This document shows positions 18,314 through 24,760 of a DNA stretch of 26,815 bases, in pieces. A program made the position numbers and the translations under genes. This DNA is from an uncultured virus (IMG/VR IMGVR_UViG_3300022468_000269). Its lineage: Duplodnaviria > Heunggongvirae > Uroviricota > Caudoviricetes. Position 1 is the stretch's first letter, and the number at the start of each line of letters is the position of its first letter. The stretch lies in the IMG/VR virus record IMGVR_UViG_3300022468_000269. The stretch is one strand, 5' to 3'. The notes beneath the pieces are model-generated. The model saw only the letters and a list, made by a program, of their open reading frames with translations. It had not been told where the DNA came from and did no database searches.

Positions 18314-18643
18314 GCGCGACACTGTAAATGCGTTACACCGCATAATCCTATCGCATCGTTGGTCGCCAATGCGAGGCCGCGCTCTGGAGGTGCATCTGCG
18401 GCGGATTGCTGAGGGGCCACGCCGCGCCGTTGCCTATGTCCCCATCTTTCGATGCACCGCCAGAAAGCGGTAAGTGAGCGGGACGGTGTGGCCACACCTT
18501 TTCTGCGTCCGGGTTCCCAAGGTTACGGCCAACGTTGCTGACATCATCAGCACTGCCGACCTCCCGACCTCGCCCTAAACGCTTCACCGCCGCTATCGGC
18601 GGGAGAGGACACATAAGGCTGTTTTAACGACGCCGCCGCTCAC
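18310..18643 (-). ncRNA. Candidate ~330-nt multi-domain structured RNA (or two tandem RNAs)
   Basis: A 370-bp gap in an otherwise overlap-coupled operon, filled with nested stems. G-U pairs favour the minus strand. It starts 6 nt after a -10 box. Confidence 0.55.
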
Positions 18644-18649
18644 GGGCGC

Positions 18650-18678
18650 AATCTACCACACCCCCACCACATAGGGAA
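18650..18678 (-). promoter_or_regulatory. Putative sigma70-type promoter with extended -10
   Basis: Minus strand TTCCCT-17 nt-TAGATT with TG-n before the -10. Confidence 0.55.
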
Positions 18679-18684
18679 TCCCCC

Positions 18685-18948
18685 ATGAAAGCCCTGATCC
18701 TTGCAACCGCTTTGGCGGCGTCTCCAGCCATGGCCTGCATCGGCATTCCCGACGCATACGCGGGCATGACGGCTGACGGGTTATCGCTGTCAGCAACCGC
18801 AACAACCCCGGCAGGCCGCACCGTCGAAATCTGGGCGGACGACGCAGGCACATTCATGATGGTGTTCATTGATTGGGATGCTGGCAGGGCTTGCCCGTTG
18901 GCTATCACCGACAAATTCCAGCCATATAAGCAGGAGCCAAACGTTTGA
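18685..18948 (+). CDS. Small exported protein
   Basis: Signal peptide MKALILATALAASPAMA, two Cys, TTGA coupling to the next gene. Confidence 0.7.
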   Translation: MKALILATALAASPAMACIGIPDAYAGMTADGLSLSATATTPAGRTVEIWADDAGTFMMVFIDWDAGRACPLAITDKFQPYKQEPNV

Positions 18949-20165
18949 CGCCCCGGCAGTCGGAAATCCTTGTCGCGTTCCAGCGCAATCGAAGTCTGAA
19001 AGCCACCGCGCGGGAACTGGAAATTGAACCCAAGACGGTTCGCACGGCGCTGGACGCTATCGGCTGGGATACGGAACGCCGCGCGGAATATGTGCGCGAT
19101 CCGGCGATTGCCGAGGCCATGGCGGCGGTGGGGACGAAGCTACAGCCAGCCCTAGCGTGGGCCAAGACGGCCAAGGGCGAGGATGGCACGTCCTACTCGG
19201 TGTTGCTCAAGCCCGCCCCAGAGGAACGCGAAAGCTTCCTTGACGAAATGCGATCCATCATCGCAAGCCTTGACGACAAGCCCCGCAAGCTGCCCCCGGC
19301 ATTTGATGAAGGTGACGGGCATCTTCTGGTGCTGGACCCGTCTGATGTGCATATCGGCAAGCTGTCGGTGGAAGCGGAAACCGGATACCATTACGATTGC
19401 GACGTGGCAGAGCATCGCCTTGTAGAAGGTTGCCGCCTGCTGATGGAACGCGGCAAGCGCAACGGCGTCACCCACGTCCTGCTGGTGATCGGCAACGACA
19501 TTGCCCACATCGACACCCCGCGCCGCACAACCACGTCAGGGACGCCGCAGGACACGCATGGCAGCATCTTTAGCATCTACCGGGCAGCGAAGCGCGGATA
19601 CGTCCGGGTGGTGGATACGGGGCTTAAAATGGGCCTCTCCGTGCAGGTGGTGTTCAACCCGTCAAATCACGATTGGGTTTTGGGCTACAGCATCGCGGAA
19701 ACTGTGGCGGCATGGTTTCGCGGCCACCCCAACGTCATTGCATCCGACTACGGGATCAGCGAACGCCACCGGAAATATGTTCGGTTCGGGCGCAACCTGA
19801 TCGGCCTAAGCCATGGCGACGGGGCCAAGGAAGCCGACTTGCCGCAGATCATGCTACAGGAAGCGCGCGGCCACATTGCCGACTGCCCGCATCGGTATTT
19901 CTACCTGCACCATTTCCACCACAAGATTTCCAAGCATATCGGCGTGCGGCCCATGGCGCGCGAAAAGGATCACATCGCAATGACGGTGATGCGCAGCGGG
20001 GCGGGGGCGATGGAAGGCGACAACCTGGCCGTCGAATACGTCCGCAGCCCAAGCCCGCCCGATTCATGGCACGACAGGAACGGCTATCTGAACCGCCAAG
20101 CCGTCGAGGCTTTCATTCACGACGCGCAGGACGGCCAGATCATGCGCTTGACGGGGTGGTTTTGA
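18945..20165 (+). CDS. N-terminal HTH + calcineurin-like metallophosphoesterase
   Basis: SLKATARELEIEPKTVRTAL HTH. Metal motifs DVHIG, GNDIAH, SNHD, HGD, HHFHH. AGGAG RBS before the TTG start. Confidence 0.82.
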   Translation: MTPRQSEILVAFQRNRSLKATARELEIEPKTVRTALDAIGWDTERRAEYVRDPAIAEAMAAVGTKLQPALAWAKTAKGEDGTSYSVLLKPAPEERESFLDEMRSIIASLDDKPRKLPPAFDEGDGHLLVLDPSDVHIGKLSVEAETGYHYDCDVAEHRLVEGCRLLMERGKRNGVTHVLLVIGNDIAHIDTPRRTTTSGTPQDTHGSIFSIYRAAKRGYVRVVDTGLKMGLSVQVVFNPSNHDWVLGYSIAETVAAWFRGHPNVIASDYGISERHRKYVRFGRNLIGLSHGDGAKEADLPQIMLQEARGHIADCPHRYFYLHHFHHKISKHIGVRPMAREKDHIAMTVMRSGAGAMEGDNLAVEYVRSPSPPDSWHDRNGYLNRQAVEAFIHDAQDGQIMRLTGWF

Positions 20166-20169
20166 AGGC

Positions 20170-20214
20170 CCGCCCTCCTAGCCAGCTTTCAGCGGCGTGG
20201 CGCTAGGAGGGCGG
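20170..20214. terminator. Strong hairpin (terminator-like or 3' part of an antisense sRNA)
   Basis: 13-bp perfect stem CCGCCCTCCTAGC/GCTAGGAGGGCGG directly after the phosphoesterase stop. No long U-tract on either side. Confidence 0.45.
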
Positions 20215-20242
20215 TTGATGCGCGGTAGAGGCAAGTGGCGGA

Positions 20243-20270
20243 ATGATAGCCGCAATGCGATAAAATGCAA
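20243..20270 (-). promoter_or_regulatory. Putative sigma70-type promoter
   Basis: Minus strand TTGCAT-16 nt-TATCAT, overlapping the RBS of the 20280 gene. Confidence 0.45.
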
Positions 20271-20279
20271 GGATAATCC

Positions 20280-20477
20280 ATGCCCCGCAGCATCCCCATC
20301 GGCCCGCGCTCCCCGCTGGAACACGTCGAACCCGGCCCGATCTGTCACTGGCATGTCGGCCCGCACGGGTTTGTGGGCTATCAGGACGGACACGCGGTTG
20401 TGGTGTTCACCGTGGCGCAGTTTCCCCGGCTGATTGCGGATCTGGCGAAGGCGTTGGATGAAGCTAATCATCGGTAG
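20280..20477 (+). CDS. Hypothetical protein, last gene of the plus-strand block
   Basis: AAGGA RBS, plausible composition, GC-ending codons. Confidence 0.6.
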   Translation: MPRSIPIGPRSPLEHVEPGPICHWHVGPHGFVGYQDGHAVVVFTVAQFPRLIADLAKALDEANHR

Positions 20478-20832
20478 GCTTGGCCTTGCCGAGTTTGTAA
20501 AATTCCGACAGCGGAACGTGCTTCCCGTCCATCGTAAAACTGATGCCGTGCAGCATGGCGTCACGCAGCGCCGCATCTGGCGAAGGCGCTGGATGAGGCG
20601 GGGCGGTGAGGACTGCACGGGCGGCGTCAAAGTTTGCATCCCATCCCGTCACCCCCATGCCTGCGTCATCCATAGCAACAAGGCGGGCAAGCACGGCCCG
20701 CGCTTCCCGCAGCGCCGCCTCTAGCGCCTCGATCCGGTCGGCGGCTTCCGTCCACAGCCCGTCCAGCGATGTTCCGCCGTTGGCAGTGCCGAAGTCAGAC
20801 ACGGCCCGCAGCCGTTTCACCAAATCATCCAT
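20464..20832 (-). CDS. Hypothetical phage protein (MDDLVKRLR...EAADRIEALEA coiled-coil type)
   Basis: Typical phage accessory motif; start overlaps the stop of the upstream gene. Confidence 0.7.
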   Translation of the reverse strand: MDDLVKRLRAVSDFGTANGGTSLDGLWTEAADRIEALEAALREARAVLARLVAMDDAGMGVTGWDANFDAARAVLTAPPHPAPSPDAALRDAMLHGISFTMDGKHVPLSEFYKLGKAKPTDD

Positions 20833-21052
20833 TCGCCGTATCCTTGTCGATGGGGGGATGCGTTCGCATCTCGCGCAATATCTGGGCCGTGCGCCTCGCA
20901 TGGAAGGTATGCGGTGGCGGTGTGCAGCCGGGGCAGGGATCATATTCCACCTTGAAGCCAATGGTGCTTTTGGGCGGAAACGATATGCCGACTTTCACAT
21001 GCCGCCGTCCAAGGCAAATATCGCAATCGTTGCTGCCGATTAGATCATCCAT
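20825..21052 (-). CDS. Small CxxC...CxxC zinc-finger protein
   Basis: CDIC and CPGC; coupled to its neighbours by 8-nt overlaps. Confidence 0.6.
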   Translation of the reverse strand: MDDLIGSNDCDICLGRRHVKVGISFPPKSTIGFKVEYDPCPGCTPPPHTFHARRTAQILREMRTHPPIDKDTANG

Positions 21053-21233
21053 TCGCCGTCACTCCTGTATCTGCGGATCGTGCCGCGTGGGGGATAGATT
21101 CGGTTCGCCCGCCGCGCCCGCTACACTTATTGCATGGCTTAAACCGTAGGGGCTGCACTCCCGCCACGCGGAATCCTGTCCCGGCGCATTTGCGGCAAAC
21201 TTTGACAATCCTTAGGCTGGCGTCCGCCATCAT
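21045..21233 (-). CDS. Small DnaJ-type CxxCxGxG zinc-finger protein
   Basis: CRKCAGTG and CNKCSGRG; AAGGAG RBS. Confidence 0.65.
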   Translation of the reverse strand: MMADASLRIVKVCRKCAGTGFRVAGVQPLRFKPCNKCSGRGGRTESIPHAARSADTGVTANG

Positions 21234-21344
21234 TTGCTCCTTTGGGGTGTTTCAAGGTTGCCCACCCGTTCACGTTTCGTCCGGTGAAACTTGCACCCCC
21301 TAAGCCTTGGGAATCGTAGCACAGTTTAAACAATCCTGAACCAT

Positions 21345-21569
21345 CTACACGCTGTTTGGGGGCGAAGGCTCGGGCATCCAGTGCGTCACTTCACCAGCGA
21401 CTTCTTGGCCAAGTTCATTGCCCACAGAACTGGCACTAGGCAGTCGCCATGCGCCACCGCCCCACGACACACATGTCCATCGACCCGGTGGCGCTCCATT
21501 GTGATGGACAACCCAAACATCAAGCCAAGTTCCGTCCCGTGGTGCTGTCTCAATCCGCTGCCAGTCCAT
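21345..21569 (-). CDS. DUF551-like protein
   Basis: WQRIETAPRDGT...VTHWMPEPSPP signature; GGAG RBS. Confidence 0.8.
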   Translation of the reverse strand: MDWQRIETAPRDGTWLDVWVVHHNGAPPGRWTCVSWGGGAWRLPSASSVGNELGQEVAGEVTHWMPEPSPPNSV

Positions 21570-21581
21570 CCTACTCTCCAT

Positions 21582-21612
21582 TTTACGAAGTGCGTTTAAG
21601 TTCAACGAACCT
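21582..21612 (+). repeat. attP-flanking direct repeat copy 1 (putative integrase arm-type site)
   Basis: TTTACGAAGTGCG-N5-GTTCA-N2-GAACCT; 25/31 identical to 21777..21807. Confidence 0.65.
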
Positions 21613-21704
21613 GCGTGAACCTGAATACCCTGTCCAAACCGTGAACATTCCCCTAATAAAAACAGCGCACCGTGCAAGAAATCAATAGCTTGGCGGGCGC
21701 ACCA

Positions 21705-21753
21705 TTCGTTCACATCGAAGATGTCAGGGGTTCAAATCCCTTATCACCCACCA
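21705..21753 (+). other. attP core: 3' portion of tRNA-Val(CAC)
   Basis: Anticodon arm TTCG-TTCACAT-CGAA, T arm AGGGG-TTCAAAT-CCCTT, acceptor 3' strand ATCACCC-A-CCA. No matching 5' GGGTGAT or D arm. Lies 52 bp from the integrase stop. Confidence 0.88.
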
Positions 21754-21776
21754 TGATTACAACACTTTACACGATA

Positions 21777-21807
21777 TTTACGAAGTGCGCTAGGGTTCAT
21801 TGAACCT
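21777..21807 (+). repeat. attP-flanking direct repeat copy 2 (putative arm-type site)
   Basis: Matches copy 1; contains the palindrome GGTTCA-T-TGAACC and abuts the integrase stop codon. Confidence 0.65.
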
Positions 21808-22798
21808 AAGCGGGGTCGTCAAAGTCCAGAATCGCCGCCGCGCCTTGCAGGAATTGGGGTGAAAACCGCCCATAAACCCGCTCCGTCACCTGCGTGTTGC
21901 TGTGGCCGAGGTATTGCGAAACGACATGTATTGGGATGCCACCCTCAACCATGTGGACGGCGGCAGAATGCCGTAACGTGTGCGGCGACACGCCTTTCAG
22001 CCCCGCCGATGCTACAGCCCTGTCAAACCCCGTGCGGATGGACAGGATCGGCTCACCGCCCCACTCCACCACATAATCCGACAGCGCCGCCGCCCGCGCT
22101 TCCATCAGCGCCGCGCGCAGCGTCCTGTTGATCGGAACCACGGCACGGCCCTTGCGCGGGCCTTCCTGATCGACGCGCAGATTGATCTGGCCACGTTCCA
22201 GGTCAACCCGGTCCCATGTCAATTGCAGAATGGCCGACACGCGGCCCGCCGTTGTCAGCATTAGCCGGATGGCCAGCAGGATATGCGGTTCAGCATCGGC
22301 GGCTAACAGCTTTGAAATCTCGGCCCGCGTCAAATACCGTTCTTTCGGGGATGGCTTTTGCGGGCGTTCAATGAAGGGGGCGCGGTCAATCAACTGCACC
22401 TTCTCAGCCCATCTTAGGCATGAACGCAGATGGCCCAATTCCGTCCACACGGAACCCTTGCTTTTGCCCGCCTTGGCCCGCTTGTCCGAATACTCGCGGC
22501 ACATATCCACCGTGATCTGATCGGGCCGCAGCGCGCCGAAATGCGGCAGCACAGCCTTGCCAGTGTATCCCATTGTCTCGGCTGTAGGCCGGTCGCCAAG
22601 GTGGGCACAGTAGGCGATCCACAGGGCCGCGACGGTGTTCGCGCCCTTTGGCATGGTTTCCTTGCGGATGAGGTCTAAGGCTTCGCTCTCTGCATCCTTG
22701 ATCGTGAGTGCGTCAAGACGATAGCGCCGCCGTGATCCGCCTTCAAACCATGTGACGACAAAGCGTCCGTTGAGGCGTCCGATGCGATATTCTGACAC
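21806..22798 (-). CDS. int: Tyrosine recombinase / phage integrase
   Basis: TAGRVSAIL (R), HTLRH (H-x-x-R), LGHSN and VYGR (Y) catalytic motifs. GTG start with AGGAG RBS. Confidence 0.95.
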   Translation of the reverse strand: MSEYRIGRLNGRFVVTWFEGGSRRRYRLDALTIKDAESEALDLIRKETMPKGANTVAALWIAYCAHLGDRPTAETMGYTGKAVLPHFGALRPDQITVDMCREYSDKRAKAGKSKGSVWTELGHLRSCLRWAEKVQLIDRAPFIERPQKPSPKERYLTRAEISKLLAADAEPHILLAIRLMLTTAGRVSAILQLTWDRVDLERGQINLRVDQEGPRKGRAVVPINRTLRAALMEARAAALSDYVVEWGGEPILSIRTGFDRAVASAGLKGVSPHTLRHSAAVHMVEGGIPIHVVSQYLGHSNTQVTERVYGRFSPQFLQGAAAILDFDDPA

Positions 22799-22962
22799 GT
22801 CTCATACTCCTGCACAGCATCAAACGGGATGCGGATCATGCGGCCAACGCGGAACCCCCGCAAGACGCCGCGTTTGACAAGCTGGCGCACTGTCTCAGCC
22901 GATACCATCCAGCGTTCGGCCAGCATTTCCGGCGTAAGCGGGCGGGCGATGGGTGCGCTCAT
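22675..22962 (-). CDS. xis: Excisionase (HTH_17/MerR-like winged helix)
   Basis: LTPEMLAERWMVSAETVRQLVKRGVLRGFRVGRMIRIP; overlaps the integrase start. Confidence 0.85.
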   Translation of the reverse strand: MSAPIARPLTPEMLAERWMVSAETVRQLVKRGVLRGFRVGRMIRIPFDAVQEYETCQNIASDASTDALSSHGLKADHGGAIVLTHSRSRMQRAKP

Positions 22963-23438
22963 CCCTTCCCCCCATCAGCGGCGGCTCGGGCAGCGCGACA
23001 ATCGCCGGCTGTCACCGGGGCTTGGTTGTCGTCGTCGTAACCCCATTCGTCGCATTCTTCGGCGGCTTCAATGAACGGGCGCAGCGCCTCCCGCGCCTCT
23101 GACAGTGCGGCCTCGGCGGCTTCGGCGCGGGCATTCGCCTGTGCAAGCCATTCCTGCACGGTGTTCTGCAACGTGTCCCGCTCCGCGCGCAGGGCCAGCA
23201 CCTCGGCGGCAAGGGTGCGGGCGGCTGCGATGAGGCGGGCGTCTGGTTCCGTCAAATACCAGCGTTCATCTTTATGGTTCTGTTTGTGGCCAGTCCAGTA
23301 ACCGACGCACCCGTATGTGTGGGCATGGATTGAATAATGAAATCCCGGTGGGCAATCTGTATCGTCGGGGTCGTGATAGACTTCCCACTTTCCCGGTGTC
23401 GCCTCGGCCAGCAGCTTGCGCAGTTCGGCATCCGTCAT
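22959..23438 (-). CDS. Ead/Ea22-like protein
   Basis: ELRKLLAEATPGKW...DARLIAAA...LAAEVLALR motif; ATGA coupling. Confidence 0.7.
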   Translation of the reverse strand: MTDAELRKLLAEATPGKWEVYHDPDDTDCPPGFHYSIHAHTYGCVGYWTGHKQNHKDERWYLTEPDARLIAAARTLAAEVLALRAERDTLQNTVQEWLAQANARAEAAEAALSEAREALRPFIEAAEECDEWGYDDDNQAPVTAGDCRAARAAADGGKG

Positions 23439-23605
23439 CTGCATCCGTCGTCTCCACAAATATGGGGGATCATGCGCACCAGCGCCTGAAACTCGCGCGC
23501 ATCTCGGGCGGCACGTTCTGCGGCCATGGGTGCCGATGTGTAGTGGCCTGCGATGAACCCGACGAACGCCGCCGTGATCGCAATGCCGATGGTGGGGGCG
23601 GTCAT
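23435..23605 (-). CDS. Small membrane protein, 56 aa; not in the ORF track
   Basis: MTAPTIGIAITAAFVGFIAGHY...DDGCR; ATGA-coupled at both ends. Confidence 0.65.
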   Translation of the reverse strand: MTAPTIGIAITAAFVGFIAGHYTSAPMAAERAARDAREFQALVRMIPHICGDDGCR

Positions 23606-23979
23606 GCGTCACCGCCTGACGCGGCAAGTCGCCGGATGGCCTCGTTGACCATTGACCATCTACGCCACCGGGACACGGATGGGCATCGCACCGCCATTGT
23701 GGCATCGATCATCTGCGTCCGCAGTTTGACGGCACGCTCTGACGGCTGATCTAGCACGTTGTCCACGATCAATTGCGCAGCCCACGCCACGTCCACCGCA
23801 GGCGCGGGGGCTGTGGGGATGGCGCGAATGGCTTCCTTTGCCACGATCATGATTTGCGGTTCACCGGTAATACCGAAGCGCACAGCAACTTCGGTTAGCG
23901 CCCTAATCGCATCTTCGCGGCTAATCATATCTGGCGTTGTGGTGTCGGCCAGCAGCTTGCTCAGTTCATCATCCGTCAT
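23602..23979 (-). CDS. Hypothetical protein (ISREDAI...AIRAIPTA module)
   Basis: GGAG RBS; N-terminus duplicated from 22959..23438. Confidence 0.65.
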   Translation of the reverse strand: MTDDELSKLLADTTTPDMISREDAIRALTEVAVRFGITGEPQIMIVAKEAIRAIPTAPAPAVDVAWAAQLIVDNVLDQPSERAVKLRTQMIDATMAVRCPSVSRWRRWSMVNEAIRRLAASGGDA

Positions 23980-23984
23980 TTGCG

Positions 23985-24104
23985 TCAATCTCCATCTTTC
24001 CCCCAGAAAATCAGCCACGGCCCAACGTGCAGGCAATGCCGCCACCCGTAATAACGGGCCTCGCTGTAGCCCAATGCCCAACCCGGAACGCGAACAGTTT
24101 GCAT
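23985..24104 (-). CDS. Short Trp-rich hypothetical protein, 39 aa
   Basis: GGGAGAG RBS; MQTVRVPGWALGYSEARYYGWRHCLHVGPWLIFWGKDGD. Confidence 0.5.
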   Translation of the reverse strand: MQTVRVPGWALGYSEARYYGWRHCLHVGPWLIFWGKDGD

Positions 24105-24122
24105 CAATCTCTCCCGTGGGAA

Positions 24123-24144
24123 GCCCCCGACCGTAGCCGGGGGC
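24123..24144 (-). other. Stable RNA hairpin with C-UACG-G tetraloop
   Basis: Minus strand GCCCCCGGC-TACG-GTCGGGGGC in an intergenic gap of the early operon. Confidence 0.6.
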
Positions 24145-24151
24145 GTTGCGT

Positions 24152-24373
24152 TCATTCGTCGGTGGGCGTTTCGACGGGTTCCGGCTGCACCCACGCAGCG
24201 CCGCCGTCAGGGCCGGTGCAGGTGGGGTTGTTCCAATACGCCACCGAACCGTCATCGGCGTAGATGGGCGTGAACGCCGTGGCATCGGTGCAGGGCAATG
24301 CGTCACCGCCGGGGATGGTGTCTGCGGCGGCTGCGCTGCCCATTAGAATGGCGGCAAGGATAAGCTTCTTCAT
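24152..24373 (-). CDS. Small exported protein
   Basis: Signal peptide MKKLILAAILMGSAAAA, two Cys, acidic mature part; AAGGA RBS. Confidence 0.75.
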   Translation of the reverse strand: MKKLILAAILMGSAAAADTIPGGDALPCTDATAFTPIYADDGSVAYWNNPTCTGPDGGAAWVQPEPVETPTDE

Positions 24374-24424
24374 CGTGTTCAGTCCTTCGTTGAATGCGCG
24401 GGCAACCCGCCGCGCTCGGGATGG

Positions 24425-24760
24425 CTATGGCTGATCGAACAAGTCGGCTGCGGCCATTTGCGACTTCATGCGGCTGGCAATTCCGGCCTTGCGCATCGGC
24501 AAATCGTAGGTGTTGTGGCACTTCTGGCACCAAGCCCGCAGGTTATCGTCGTCACAGTTTTCCGGCTGGTGATCGAGGTGCGCGACTGTCAGCACCACGC
24601 GCGAACCCGTCACCGGATGCGGCTGGCCGTTCTCTGCGCGGCAATCTGGAAAAGCTGGCGAACCTTCGCAGCGATTTCCGGCTTTTTCGCGGATGCGCTT
24701 GCTGATCTGCGGCCAGTCTTTCGGATAGCGCGCTTTGTTCTCTTCGCGGATTGGCATCAT
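24425..24760 (-). CDS. HNH-family nuclease (YPKDW...VLTVAHLDH..ENC...NLRAWCQKCH type)
   Basis: HNH and Cys motifs; ATGA coupling. Confidence 0.8.
   Translation of the reverse strand: MMPIREENKARYPKDWPQISKRIREKAGNRCEGSPAFPDCRAENGQPHPVTGSRVVLTVAHLDHQPENCDDDNLRAWCQKCHNTYDLPMRKAGIASRMKSQMAAADLFDQP

Noticed and set aside
18495..18552. Hammerhead ribozyme from minus-strand CTGATGA...GAAA
   Set aside because: CTGATGA is sequestered in the TGCTGA/TCAGCA hairpin, and I could not build stems II and III with the required geometry.
18348..18614. 88-aa minus-strand ORF explaining the intergenic gap
   Set aside because: No RBS and no recognisable protein features; the dense nested pairing fits an RNA better, though coding is not strictly excluded.
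21260..21290. Hammerhead half GGACGAAAC on the minus strand
   Set aside because: No CTGANGA partner nearby.
21600..21625. Alphaproteobacterial LexA box (GAAC-N7-GAAC)
   Set aside because: Spacing is N6, and the motif is better explained as part of the att arm repeats.
21694..21704. CGGGCGCACCA as the remnant of a second tRNA 3' end (earlier att site)
   Set aside because: Only 11 nt with no T arm; could easily be chance in GC-rich DNA.
21680..21753. Complete tRNA-Val gene
   Set aside because: No 5' acceptor strand (GGGTGAT) or D arm upstream; only the 3' part is present, as expected for an att core.
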